Notes: a model not told the origin generated them from the letters alone. A stretch of DNA of 64,000 nt from Planctomycetaceae bacterium (GCA_041753135.1 JBGSVD010000003.1:11840-75839), one strand, 5' to 3'; shown: positions 1-10,145, counted from the first letter of the stretch. A program made the numbers and translations.

Positions 1-1028
1 CGATTAAGAATTGCGGCCCGGTTCTGATAGGACATCCGGAGATTTTTCGAAGAGCAGCAAAGCTTGCAGGTATAAGCGTTTCGCTCTCTGAACTGGATAC
101 TCAATTGCCCAGTCCCGATGAGTTTCGCGATAGCTCATTGAAGGCCTGGAACAGCGGCGAAATCGCATGCTGGAACCCAGCAGGGGACGCAGTTTGTACG
201 GCCCCACTTTGTCGCGTCAGCGCAGTCGCGGGAGATGCCGCCTTTCAGTATCTGGTGAACGCAATTGAACTTGTGCAACGCCGTTGCGTCGATGCAATCG
301 CCACTGCGCCATTGAATAAGGAAGCGTTATCGCTGGCTGGTCACCATTATCCGGGGCACACAGAAATACTTGCAGAGAAATGCGGGGTCAGTGATTTCGC
401 GATGATGCTGCACCTTCCGGAATCTGCTATCGCACCATGGCGATCATTGGTACGCAAGCCGGGATCAAACGTACCTTTTGAATTGGCTGCTTCGCACGGA
501 ATCAGCATCGCTCATGTCACTTTGCATACGGCCATTGCTGATGTTCCAAATTTGTTAACAGTGGAGTCCGTTTCCGAAAAGGTGCACTTGATGTCTGACT
601 TTCTTCGCCGCATTCATTGCGACCGTCAGGCAATCGCCGTGTGTGCATTAAATCCTCATGGTGGTGAGAACGGTTTGTTCGGCGGTGAAGAGGCGAGCAT
701 CATCGAACCTGCAATTGAACATTGCAGAGCAACTTTACCAAACGTCTCCGGCCCGTATCCTGTCGATACACTGATCCGCCGTGCAATCGCGGGCGAGTTT
801 GATGGTATCATTGCGATGTATCATGACCAGGGACATATTCCCGTTAAGCTGATTGGTTTTGATGCTGCAATAAACATCACTCTGGGACTTCCTATTGTTC
901 GAACCAGCCCGACGCATGGAACGGCATTTGATCGTGCATGGAATCCCTCAACGCCGGCCAACGCCAGCGGTATGCGAGAAGCGATCCGCATGGCGGTTTC
1001 TCTGGCAAAGACATCGCGATTTTTCTGA
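1..1028 (+). CDS. pdxA: 4-hydroxythreonine-4-phosphate dehydrogenase PdxA, 5'-truncated by the window edge
   Basis: The frame is open from nt 3 (IKNCGPVLIGHPEIF...) into ORF 105..1028. PdxA hallmarks are present: GHHYPGHTE, MYHDQGHIPVK, VRTSPTHGTAFD. Confidence 0.9.
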   Translation, partial: IKNCGPVLIGHPEIFRRAAKLAGISVSLSELDTQLPSPDEFRDSSLKAWNSGEIACWNPAGDAVCTAPLCRVSAVAGDAAFQYLVNAIELVQRRCVDAIATAPLNKEALSLAGHHYPGHTEILAEKCGVSDFAMMLHLPESAIAPWRSLVRKPGSNVPFELAASHGISIAHVTLHTAIADVPNLLTVESVSEKVHLMSDFLRRIHCDRQAIAVCALNPHGGENGLFGGEEASIIEPAIEHCRATLPNVSGPYPVDTLIRRAIAGEFDGIIAMYHDQGHIPVKLIGFDAAINITLGLPIVRTSPTHGTAFDRAWNPSTPANASGMREAIRMAVSLAKTSRFF

Positions 1029-1434
1029 AATTGAACATCAGAAGGGAATGCGATTCCATTAACCCTTCCGAAGCTGCGAGATCAAACGCGAATTTCGAAC
1101 ATTGAAATCACGGTTTGCTGAAACTTGAGTCTATGTCGCGAAAAGATTTTTTGTCTCCGTTTGAATCGCCATAGAAAACGCTGATCCTGCCGCGAAAAAA
1201 AGCTCTTGACGTGTTCTGCCGGTTTCTTCTAACTTCCGCTCACTCGAACTGTGGTTCCTGCAGTTCAAATCTCCTCTCGTTCTCTCCTTTCGAATGCTCG
1301 TCGATTTTTTCTAATTGGTCCGAGGCTGGATCAGGAATACCGCATTCCTTGACCACGGATTCAGTTCTTTAGAAACGACGCATTCCCCATTCCGCCCTGT
1401 TGCCGAGTTCCTGGCAACTTCCGGAGGCTCTCTG

Positions 1435-1731
1435 ATGTCTCGTTTCGCAAGCGTTTGTGCTGGCCTTCTGATGGTCAGTTCGTTGAGTGGCTGCTGTTTG
1501 CTTGGTCATGGTGGCTGTGGTGGTGGTGGCGGCGGTTATGCCCCATACGGCGGGGGCGGCTGTTCGCCTTGCCAAAGCGGCGCCTGCGGGGCAATGGCTC
1601 CAGGGTACCCATCAGCAAACATGTACAACCCTGGTGTTCCACAATCTGCATTCCTTGCACCTCAGGTGTCTGGGTACGCACCACAAAGTGGATCACAGAT
1701 GGTCATGCTGGACACTTTGTCCACGTATTGA
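1435..1731 (+). CDS. small Gly/Cys-rich putative lipoprotein (hypothetical)
   Basis: ATG at 1435 sits 7 nt after GGAGG. The signal peptide ends in lipobox LSGC and is followed by GGCGGGGGGYAPYGGGGCSPCQSGACG. The upstream part of ORF 1315..1731 does not look coding. Confidence 0.55.
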   Translation: MSRFASVCAGLLMVSSLSGCCLLGHGGCGGGGGGYAPYGGGGCSPCQSGACGAMAPGYPSANMYNPGVPQSAFLAPQVSGYAPQSGSQMVMLDTLSTY

Positions 1732-1959
1732 TCTGAATCCCGTTTTGCGATGCAATACAAAGACGCGCAGGGCTTGATCTGCGGCCAGCTTCGCTTGTCT
1801 TGCGCGCGGGGTTCGTGTTTCTTCCTAAGAAAGCATTGGACGAAGCTCCTCCCTCTTCGTCTTCTCTGTTCCGATGCCGAGCGATTCGATAATCTTGAGT
1901 CGCTCGGCATTTTGCTGCGCTGGCATTTTGTCGAGCTTTCCGGTGTGACAATCCAGTAA

Positions 1960-2070
1960 GGCGAGCGGCACAAGAGGATTGACTGTTGAAGAACGATTGT
2001 CCCAATCGTTCATGAGCAGTTGAGACAACTGCTTCACTATGGGCTGGTAATCCATTTCCTGCCGCTCGCC
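1960..2070 (-). repeat. Family A structured ~110 bp element, copy A1 (MITE-like)
   Basis: Perfect 11 bp terminal inverted repeat: GGCGAGCGGCA (1960-1970) / TGCCGCTCGCC (2060-2070). Internal palindromes are GAACGATTG-tccc-CAATCGTTC and CAGTTG-aga-CAACTG. It is about 80-90% identical by eye to 2810-2920 (inverted) and 39037-39146. Confidence 0.8.
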
Positions 2071-2118
2071 TGACAGGAATGCATTGTCACCAGGTTTTTG
2101 TCCGACAGGGGTGTATCA

Positions 2119-2430
2119 ATGCCATCAGAATCTTTGCCTCAGCTTGCCGACTCCAGTTGTGGAACTGGACCAGGCAGTGTTCCTGTGTTCAATTGTGTCG
2201 TCATTTTGTCTTCATTGGAGGAAGGGGCGAAAATTCGCGGCCGTGTTGCGAATCTTGCGGATGTTTCTGCTGAAGGAAATTCGGAACGAGATGTTCTGAT
2301 GCAGTTGGCCAGGCAATTCAAAATCATTATCACGGAGTATAGCCGCAATCAGAAACCCGTGCCCTGGATCGATCCACCAGAATCGCCAGCCACCGGGGAA
2401 CGCCAGCGATTTATTCCGGTCCACCTCTAA
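2119..2430 (+). CDS. hypothetical protein, possibly a HicB/UPF0150-like fold
   Basis: ORF 2098..2430 with ATG at 2119. The segment RGRVANLADVSAEGNSERDVLMQLARQFKIII...KPVPWIDPP resembles the HicB/UPF0150 pattern. No partner toxin gene is seen. Confidence 0.4.
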   Translation: MPSESLPQLADSSCGTGPGSVPVFNCVVILSSLEEGAKIRGRVANLADVSAEGNSERDVLMQLARQFKIIITEYSRNQKPVPWIDPPESPATGERQRFIPVHL

Positions 2431-2612
2431 TCGCAGAGATGTTCAATTTTGTCGTGAGGCAGGTTTTTAACCTGTGGTGCGTGCACAAGTGGCAGGAAAT
2501 TCTATGCGCAACTTCAGAATTTTGGCGGGCTACAAACTTGCCGCGCGTTGCAGCTTCGAACATTGAACGGTATTGCCTCTATGTTTTAAGTGGTCCCGAC
2601 GGAGCTGTTTTT

Positions 2613-2681
2613 CGTTTAACCTTTAGCCCGAGGCGCACGTTGTTCGCCGCGTACGCGTACGCCTCCCGCTGACGGTTTAAC
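2613..2681. repeat. Family B long hairpin repeat, degenerate copy B1
   Basis: CGTTTAAC...AGCCCGAGGCG / CGCCTCCCGCT..GGTTTAAC arms. It shares the ends and the GCGTACGCCT core with 22041-22110. Confidence 0.6.
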
Positions 2682-2809
2682 AACTCAATCATGACCGCGA
2701 TTCGTATAACATTCTTCTGTGTGACTCTCCTTTCAGGCTTACCGGACATAGAATCCACTCGCGACAGTCGACTAAGAACGCCTAACGAAAGCGTGTCTCG
2801 GTTTTGTCA

Positions 2810-2920
2810 GGTGAGCGGCAGTAAATGGATTACCAGCCCATAGCAGAGCAATTGCTTCAACTGCTCATGAACGAATTGGACAATCGTTCTACAATGGGAA
2901 ATCCTCTCCTGCAGTTCGCC
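2810..2920 (+). repeat. Family A structured element, copy A2 (inverted relative to A1, more diverged)
   Basis: GGTGAGCGGCAGTAAATGGATTACCAGCCCATAG... aligns with the reverse complement of 1960-2070. The terminal repeat is degenerate (GGTGAGCGGCA / TGCAGTTCGCC). Confidence 0.75.
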
Positions 2921-3048
2921 TTTAGTGCCTCAAGGTTCATTTATGGGATCAGAGTCGCACCTTAATTTTCAGAAATTTGCATCCCTTCTTTGTCAGTCAG
3001 TGTTCTGGTAGCGGTCTCGCGCTGACCAGGAGTTCAGGACCAAATTCT

Positions 3049-4530
3049 ATGACAGCGTCAATAACGAACCGGCCAGTCAGTCGACAAAAGCTCGTCAAGA
3101 CACGCATCATTGCAACGATTGGCCCAGCCAGTGAGTCTATTGACGTGCTGCGACAACTGGTTGTTTCCGGAGTTGATATTTTTCGACTCAATTTCGCCCA
3201 CGGAAGTCACACATGGCTGTCAGAACTTGTACGAAAGATTCGTCAGATTTCTGCCGAGCTTGAATGCCCAGTCGGAATTCTGGGTGATCTCTCAGGCCCC
3301 AAGATTCGTCTGGGCGAAATCAGCGGCGGAGAAGTCATCTGTAATGAAGGAGCGGAATTTCGTTTTGTGCGTGGGATGAATTCGGACGTTGTTACGGACC
3401 TGACATGCACATATGAACCGCTGATCGAAGACGTCAAAACAGGAGACCGAATTCTGCTTGCCGACGGCACTGTCGGAATGATTGTTCTTGAAAAAGACCC
3501 CTCCCTCAACTGGGTACGCTGCGTCGTCTTTCAGGCCGGAAAAATTCGCAGTCGACAGGGCGTCAATCTGCCGGGCGTTGCGCTCAGTACGCCCAGCGTG
3601 ACCGAAAAAGATCGCAAGGATCTTGAATGGGCATTGCAGAATCAACTCGACTTCATCGGACTGAGCTTCGTACGCCAGGCGGAAGATATTCGCAGCCTCC
3701 ATCGGCTCATTGAATCTCACCATCCCAAAGTGACTCCTCTTATCGTGGCAAAAATCGAAAAGACGGAGGCCATTGATGATCTTGAGAATATCCTGGACGC
3801 CACAGATGCCGTCATGGTGGCTCGAGGCGATCTTGGTGTTGAGGCCGAAATCAGTCGAGTTCCAATTTTGCAGAAGCTGATCATTCGTCGCTGCAATGAA
3901 CTGCGTATCCCAGTCATAACAGCAACTCAGATGCTTGACAGCATGCAAACAAATGAGCTGCCCACACGAGCCGAAGTGACCGATGTGGCAAACGCTGTCA
4001 TCGATGGAACAGACGCCGTTATGCTCTCCGGCGAAACAGCGATCGGTGCGCATCCGATTCAATGTGTTCGCATGATGGACCGAATTGCGTCAGAAGCCGA
4101 AGCTCTGGTAAAACCTTCGGATGCAACGGACCTTCGCGACGACGAAACACGCCGCGCGAGGCCGATCACAGAAGCGGTGACTCGAGGAACAATTGCTGCC
4201 GCGGAATATCTTCAGGCGGATTTGATTGTTGTCGCAACTGTCACTGGCCGAACAGCACTCGCCCTTTCACGGATGCGAAGCAAGGTTCCCGTGTTGGCGC
4301 TGACGGACCGAGAAGACGTTGCCAGGCGAATGTGCCTTTACTGGGGAGTGACTCCGATTCTGAATCGAGCTGTCCAGCACTCGGCAGATGCTTTGCTACA
4401 GTTTGTTATTAAGTGGGGCCAGAAGAATGATCTGCTGCGAGCTGGCAGCAAGCTCATCATTGTCGGACATACGAACTGGCTCGGAGAAACGCACGATCTT
4501 ATGATGGTGCATGTCGTTCCTGAGGAATAA
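3049..4530 (+). CDS. pyk: pyruvate kinase
   Basis: TRIIATIGPAS, FRLNFAHGSH, GPKIRLG, MVARGDLGVE, and the C-terminal regulatory domain. ATG at 3049 is chosen inside ORF 2977..4530. Confidence 0.95.
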   Translation: MTASITNRPVSRQKLVKTRIIATIGPASESIDVLRQLVVSGVDIFRLNFAHGSHTWLSELVRKIRQISAELECPVGILGDLSGPKIRLGEISGGEVICNEGAEFRFVRGMNSDVVTDLTCTYEPLIEDVKTGDRILLADGTVGMIVLEKDPSLNWVRCVVFQAGKIRSRQGVNLPGVALSTPSVTEKDRKDLEWALQNQLDFIGLSFVRQAEDIRSLHRLIESHHPKVTPLIVAKIEKTEAIDDLENILDATDAVMVARGDLGVEAEISRVPILQKLIIRRCNELRIPVITATQMLDSMQTNELPTRAEVTDVANAVIDGTDAVMLSGETAIGAHPIQCVRMMDRIASEAEALVKPSDATDLRDDETRRARPITEAVTRGTIAAAEYLQADLIVVATVTGRTALALSRMRSKVPVLALTDREDVARRMCLYWGVTPILNRAVQHSADALLQFVIKWGQKNDLLRAGSKLIIVGHTNWLGETHDLMMVHVVPEE

Positions 4531-4536
4531 TTTATC

Positions 4537-5121
4537 ATGGTGCATCTGGACAAAATCTACACTCGCAGCGGAGATCAAGGGCAAACCGGTCTCGGAAATG
4601 GCCAGCGAGTTTCCAAACTGAACCTGCGCATTATCGCCGGAGGTTCAGTCGACGAAACCAATTGCGCCATTGGCCTTGCGCTGGCCAACTCAACGTCACC
4701 CAGGGTTTCTGAGATCCTCGTTGCGCTTCAGCAGTTTCTATTTGATCTGGGAGCCGACCTGTGCGTCCCACTTCCACTCGACGGTGACGACAGCTTCCCG
4801 TGTCGACTGAATCAGAACCACGTTGACAAGCTGGAATCCCTGATCGACTATTTTTCCCGCGAAACAGGTGCACTGGAAAGCTTTATTCTTCCCGGAGGTC
4901 ATGCCAGTGCAGCAGCGCTTCATTTGGCGCGCAGTATTTGTCGCCGAGCAGAAGTAGACGCACTTCGTCTTCACGAATCAGAATGCCTGAACGTCGCTTT
5001 GCTCATTTGCCTGAACCGACTTTCGGATTTGCTGTTTGTTTTAGCTCGAACGGCAAACGACAACGGAAAATCCGATGTGTTGTGGAAGCCGGGCAAAGGC
5101 CTTCTCGACGTTGTCACTTGA
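4537..5121 (+). CDS. ATP:cob(I)alamin adenosyltransferase, PduO type
   Basis: N-terminal IYTRSGDQGQTGL and the helical-bundle pattern DETNCAIGLA...FILPGG...LHLARSICRRAE. It starts 6 nt after pyk. Confidence 0.9.
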   Translation: MVHLDKIYTRSGDQGQTGLGNGQRVSKLNLRIIAGGSVDETNCAIGLALANSTSPRVSEILVALQQFLFDLGADLCVPLPLDGDDSFPCRLNQNHVDKLESLIDYFSRETGALESFILPGGHASAAALHLARSICRRAEVDALRLHESECLNVALLICLNRLSDLLFVLARTANDNGKSDVLWKPGKGLLDVVT

Positions 5122-5527
5122 TAAATCGGCTGCCGCACAAAGAGTGGATAAGCATCACACGATTTCATCGTTGACGCTCGTCGCAGTGATCTTTCGATTT
5201 CATGACACTCAGGGCCGGAAGTCTTTGCAGTTCGCAGATTGATCAGGTAACCCATTTGCAAGAACATCAGGGCCATTTTTTCGGATGTCGAATCTGCTTA
5301 ACAGTGGCATCGCAATTCGGGTGAACCTGATTTCAACCGCAAATCTTTTCCAGGAACGATGGAGCCTGTCCCGTCGGGACTCTGCGGCCTACACTGCCGA
5401 CTTTTCGATCCAGTTGGCAGCGTCCCTTTGACACGATTCGCTTTGAGTTGCCGTCGAGCAAAACGGCGACTTGCTGCGAATTCCAGAAAAATTGGTCACT
5501 CTGCACTTTCGGCAAATCTGCAAATCC

Positions 5528-6964
5528 ATGAACACAGCTCAGCAGTATCTTCAGCAGTATTTCGGCTACTCAGAATTTCGATATCCGCAGAGCGAGATTG
5601 TTTCTCATGTCATGAGTGGCCAGCACTCGCTTATTATCATGCCAACTGGCAGTGGGAAGTCGCTCTGTTTTCAGATTCCCGCGTTGATGTTTGCTGCGGA
5701 ATCGAACGCAGAGAAGAAGCCTCTGACTCTTGTTCTCTCGCCGCTGATAGCGTTGATGAAAGATCAGGTTGATACACTGCAGGCAAAAGGCGTCCCGGCC
5801 ACATTTATCAACTCATCATTGAGCAGACGTGAACGTGAGAAACGATATGCGGCAGTCGCTCGTGGAGACTACTGCCTTCTTTACGTGACGCCCGAACGTT
5901 TTCGAAAGTCAGAGTTTCTGGACGTCGTTGCCTGTCGCGACATCAGACTGCTGGCTGTCGACGAAGCACATTGTATCAGCGAATGGGGACACGATTTTCG
6001 ACCCGACTACACGCGTGTCGCCGAGTTCCGATCTATGATCGGGAATCCCGTCACAATGGCGTTAACGGCGACCGCCACACCGGATGTGCAACGCGATATT
6101 GTTTCTCAACTGGGCTTGCAGCCAGTTGAGATGAAGATGTTCCATGAAGGGATCGATCGCCCCAATCTTGATCTGCGTGTTGAGGAGGTTTGGGAGGCGG
6201 ACGAAAAACAGGAGTCAATGCAGGCCGTTTTCGATCGCTGGTTGGCTCCCGGCATGAAAGGAAGTGGAATCGTCTACTTCACTCTTATCAGAACGCTTGT
6301 GGAATTCAGTGAACGGCTGCAGGCGGAGGGTATTGACCATGTTTGTTATCACGGAGATCTGGATCGCCATCTTCGTCGAAGTATTCAGGAAGACTTCATG
6401 ACTGGTCGCTCGCGATTGGTTCTGGCGACAAACGCGTTTGGAATGGGTGTCGATAAAGATGACATTCGTTTTGTGGTGCATGCCGATATTCCCGGTTCAA
6501 TGGAATCATATTATCAGGAAATTGGTCGCGCTGGCCGGGACGCCAGGCCGGCTGAATGCACACTTCTTTATGACCAGCGAGACCTGAACACTCAAATTGA
6601 ATTCATCCGCTGGACGAATCCAGACGCCGAGTTTTGCCAGCGTGTCTACCACCATTTGGTTCATAGTGCCGAGCAAATTCGCGCGTTCGGGATTGAGTGG
6701 CTGCGAGAACGGCTTTGCGATCGACAACGGCACGACCGGCGGGTCGAAACAGTTTTGTCGCTCCTGCAGCGTTATGGCGTGATCGAGGATGAAAACGATC
6801 TAACCAACCTTGCCGTGACAGGAGATCTTCCCGCAGCACTTACAGACGACGACGCTCGATCTGCAAAACTCCTGCGCGATCAAAAGAAACTTTACGCGCT
6901 CGTTCAGTACGTTCAAAGTGAAGATCGCCGGCAGTTTATTCGTGACTACTTTGGGGTAAGTTGA
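5528..6964 (+). CDS. RecQ-family ATP-dependent DNA helicase (short form, no obvious HRDC)
   Basis: YFGYSEFRYPQ, MPTGSGKSLCFQIPA, DEAHCISEWGHDFRPDY, ATNAFGMGVDKDDIRFVVH, YYQEIGRAGRD. Confidence 0.9.
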   Translation: MNTAQQYLQQYFGYSEFRYPQSEIVSHVMSGQHSLIIMPTGSGKSLCFQIPALMFAAESNAEKKPLTLVLSPLIALMKDQVDTLQAKGVPATFINSSLSRREREKRYAAVARGDYCLLYVTPERFRKSEFLDVVACRDIRLLAVDEAHCISEWGHDFRPDYTRVAEFRSMIGNPVTMALTATATPDVQRDIVSQLGLQPVEMKMFHEGIDRPNLDLRVEEVWEADEKQESMQAVFDRWLAPGMKGSGIVYFTLIRTLVEFSERLQAEGIDHVCYHGDLDRHLRRSIQEDFMTGRSRLVLATNAFGMGVDKDDIRFVVHADIPGSMESYYQEIGRAGRDARPAECTLLYDQRDLNTQIEFIRWTNPDAEFCQRVYHHLVHSAEQIRAFGIEWLRERLCDRQRHDRRVETVLSLLQRYGVIEDENDLTNLAVTGDLPAALTDDDARSAKLLRDQKKLYALVQYVQSEDRRQFIRDYFGVS

Positions 6965-7318
6965 GGGGAGGGCCGTCTTAAGCTTCCGCGACTAAAGCCT
7001 TTGCGGCATTTAGGTTACGACGCAAATTGACGGCAGCAAGTGCTGGCAGGGACAATCACATTGCAGGAATGCTGAGTCCGCTGTCGCCAGAATCTGAAAA
7101 ACGCTGCGGAACGCATGATCCTTGACTCTCAGATTCAGAAATCACTGAGATTCCGCAGGAAACCGCCACATGCAGTATGGCCTATGTGATCAGAGCAGCG
7201 ATACTATTTTAGATGAAAGTGAGATTGAGTCTCACTCCACGCTTGCTTTCGAGGGCTCCGTGTTTGATCATGGAGTCAGTGCTCAGGCTCTTTCAGTTTC
7301 GTCGTTTTCACGTTTTAT

Positions 7319-7624
7319 ATGGACGGTGCTGCGGTGAACACATTGCGACTGGCTGATCTAACACCCGGTTCTTCGGCGATTGTTACGGCAATTGGCGGGG
7401 CAAGTCGTATTGCGTCTCGACTGATGGAAATGGGATTTGTCCCCGGGGCCGTGGTTCAGGTGCTCCGCCGAGCTCCGTTTGGTGGGCCAGTCCAATATCG
7501 CGTTCATGGGGTTTCGATCTCAATGCGGTCCGCAGAAGCCTCCTGCGTCTCTGTGGAATCAGGTTTGGCAGCAAACCCAGCGAACACAAAATCAGTTTCC
7601 GCCCTTGAACTTGTTGCCCAGTAG
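7319..7624 (+). CDS. feoA: ferrous iron transport protein A (FeoA domain)
   Basis: RLMEMGFVPGAVVQVLRRAPFGGPVQYRVHGVSISMR, lying directly upstream of feoB. Confidence 0.85.
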   Translation: MDGAAVNTLRLADLTPGSSAIVTAIGGASRIASRLMEMGFVPGAVVQVLRRAPFGGPVQYRVHGVSISMRSAEASCVSVESGLAANPANTKSVSALELVAQ

Positions 7625-7654
7625 TTCCCTTACGAGCTAATCAGTGCCCATTCA

Positions 7655-9889
7655 GTGACTTCTCCCTCCCCACACGGTTCTCGCGGAAATCGCCCATTGC
7701 GTGTTGCCCTGATTGGTAACCCAAACACGGGCAAGAGCACTCTTTTCAACGCCCTGTCCGGAATGCGAGTTCGCACCGGCAATTATCCAGGCGTCACAGT
7801 TGAGCAACGAATCGCGAAAGTAAATTGGGATGGTCATGCCGTTGAGCTGATTGACCTTCCTGGAACTTACAGCCTGTCACCAAAATCGCCCGATGAAATG
7901 GTGGCTGTTCAGGTCCTGACTGGTTGCTGCGATGAACCTAGACCAGATCTGGTCATCTGTATTTGCAACGCCGCTGCGTTAGAACGCAATCTTTATCTGG
8001 CAACTCAGGTTATGGAGGTTGGACTGCCACTTGTTCTCTGTCTGAACATGTGGGATTCCGCAGTCAGCTCTGGCGTTAGCCTTGATGTTGCAGGTCTGTC
8101 GAAAAAACTGGGCGTTCCGGTCGTTCCGACCTCAGCCAGTCGCAAAGAAGGACTGACGGAACTCAGGAAGGCCGTCGTTCAGGAGTTAGAGGCCGGAGCG
8201 GGGGCGGTCAGCCTGCACTCCGATAGCTTTGGACACAGCCTGCTTTCTGAGCCAATACGCCATGAAGTGGATCGGCTTTGCGGATGGCTTAACACTTCGG
8301 GCGTGCCGCTGGAGAAGCGATCAGGATTTCTGGTTTCCAGAAGTCTTTTGGATCCAGGTGGATCTGTGGAATCGATGCTTGTTCGAGACGCAGGCTCGGG
8401 ATACAGCGTCATGCTTGTCGAGGCACGACAGGCATTGAAAGACAAGCAACTTGAAATCCCGGCTGCTGAAGCTGAACAAAGATATCATTTTATCGGGGAG
8501 CTGCTGTCTGCTATTCAGTCCCGCACAGTGAACTCCCGAGCGAAGCTGACAGATCGCATCGATGCAGTGCTCACACATCGATTTTTCGGCTTTCTGATTT
8601 GCCTCGCCGTGTTGTTGCTGGTGTTTTCCACGATCAACTGGTTTTCCGCTCCACTCAGCGAAGCCGTCGAAGGTGGCCTTGGGTTGTTAAGCTCGATGGT
8701 CAGTTCATCAATGTCGCCCGGGCCACTCCGAAGTCTATTGACTGAGGGAGTCATCTCAGGCGTTGGCTCTGTCATCGTCTTCCTGCCTCAGATTTGCCTG
8801 CTCTTTCTATTCATTGGCCTGCTTGAAGACTGCGGCTATATGGCTCGGGCGGCATTCATGATGGACAGACTGATGGGAGTCCTGGGGCTCAGCGGTCGCT
8901 CATTTCTGCCGCTGATGTCCTCGTTCGCCTGTGCAGTCCCCGGAATCATGGCAACCCGAGTAATCGACGACCGCAGAGATCGATTTGTTACAATCCTGAT
9001 CGCACCTCTGATGAGCTGCTCGGCGCGTTTGCCAGTCTATGTCCTCATGATCGGAACATTTATCCCTGAGACCCGCTATCTTGGCGGCTGGCTTTCCTTG
9101 CAGGCTATGGTTTTGTTTGCCATGAGTACGCTCGGCCTGGTAATCGCTGTGCCTGTTGCGATGCTGCTTCGCCGGACTCTGTTTCGTGGTGAACCTTCGC
9201 CATTTTTGCTGGAACTTCCTGATTATCGTATGCCTTCTTTGAGAGTTGTGATTGGACGTGTCTGGGAAAGTGCTCAGTCTTTTGTCGTCAGAGCTGGCAC
9301 CTTGATATTTGCGACCAGTGTCCTTGTCTGGGCGGCCGGGTCTTTTCCTGGCGATCATCGCGAGCGATTTGAGCTGACAGCAAAGATCGAATCTCTGGAA
9401 TCTGCCGATGCCGAATTGAACGCGGAAGAAATTGAAGTATTGTCGACCGAATTGAACCAGGTGAATGGTCAGTTACTAAGAAACAGCGCTCTGGGCCGAG
9501 TCGGCAGAACTATCGAGCCAATCTTTGTCCCCCTCGGCTGGGACTGGAGGATCGGCGTTGGAGTCCTGGCATCATTCCCAGCCCGTGAGGTGATTATCGC
9601 TACGCTTGGAACTATCTATAGCCTCGGCGGCGATGTCGGCGAAGAGGATGAAGGACTTCGGGGAACTCTGAAAGCGGCTACCTGGCCTGATGGCAGCAGT
9701 GTATTTTCTGTCCCGGTAGCACTTTCCATCATGGTCTTTTTCGCGTTGTGCGCTCAATGTGTGTCGACGTTGATGGTGATCAAGAGAGAGACAAATAGCT
9801 GGTTGTGGCCAGCATTTTCTTTTGGCTACATGACGATCCTTGCCTGGGTCGGTGCGTTTTTGACGTACCAAATCGGGATCAGGATGTGA
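7655..9889 (+). CDS. feoB: ferrous iron transporter FeoB
   Basis: N-terminal G domain VALIGNPNTGKSTLFNALSG and DLPGTYSL, followed by polytopic gate-motif membrane domains. GTG start as in the ORF track. Confidence 0.95.
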   Translation: MTSPSPHGSRGNRPLRVALIGNPNTGKSTLFNALSGMRVRTGNYPGVTVEQRIAKVNWDGHAVELIDLPGTYSLSPKSPDEMVAVQVLTGCCDEPRPDLVICICNAAALERNLYLATQVMEVGLPLVLCLNMWDSAVSSGVSLDVAGLSKKLGVPVVPTSASRKEGLTELRKAVVQELEAGAGAVSLHSDSFGHSLLSEPIRHEVDRLCGWLNTSGVPLEKRSGFLVSRSLLDPGGSVESMLVRDAGSGYSVMLVEARQALKDKQLEIPAAEAEQRYHFIGELLSAIQSRTVNSRAKLTDRIDAVLTHRFFGFLICLAVLLLVFSTINWFSAPLSEAVEGGLGLLSSMVSSSMSPGPLRSLLTEGVISGVGSVIVFLPQICLLFLFIGLLEDCGYMARAAFMMDRLMGVLGLSGRSFLPLMSSFACAVPGIMATRVIDDRRDRFVTILIAPLMSCSARLPVYVLMIGTFIPETRYLGGWLSLQAMVLFAMSTLGLVIAVPVAMLLRRTLFRGEPSPFLLELPDYRMPSLRVVIGRVWESAQSFVVRAGTLIFATSVLVWAAGSFPGDHRERFELTAKIESLESADAELNAEEIEVLSTELNQVNGQLLRNSALGRVGRTIEPIFVPLGWDWRIGVGVLASFPAREVIIATLGTIYSLGGDVGEEDEGLRGTLKAATWPDGSSVFSVPVALSIMVFFALCAQCVSTLMVIKRETNSWLWPAFSFGYMTILAWVGAFLTYQIGIRM

Positions 9890-9893
9890 ACCT

Positions 9894-10145
9894 ATGCTCT
9901 GGCAATCACTTGCAACCATAATCTTAATTGCATGTGCCGCGACGATAATCGGCCGACGAATCTGGCAACTCGCATTTGCGAAGTCGAAGGGCCCTTGTGG
10001 CGGCTGCGGAGGCTGTTCCGGCAAAGATTCCAGCGTGGCCGTTCAGATCACTCCCCTCGTTCAACTTGGAGCGGTCAGTTTTGTGCCAGCTGACGCAAAG
10101 GCAAAAGTGGATTTTCCTCTCGCGAACGGTAAGCGGTTCTCTTAA
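9894..10145 (+). CDS. FeoB-associated Cys-rich membrane protein
   Basis: One TM helix followed by GPCGGCGGCSGK. It starts 5 nt after feoB. Confidence 0.7.
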   Translation: MLWQSLATIILIACAATIIGRRIWQLAFAKSKGPCGGCGGCSGKDSSVAVQITPLVQLGAVSFVPADAKAKVDFPLANGKRFS

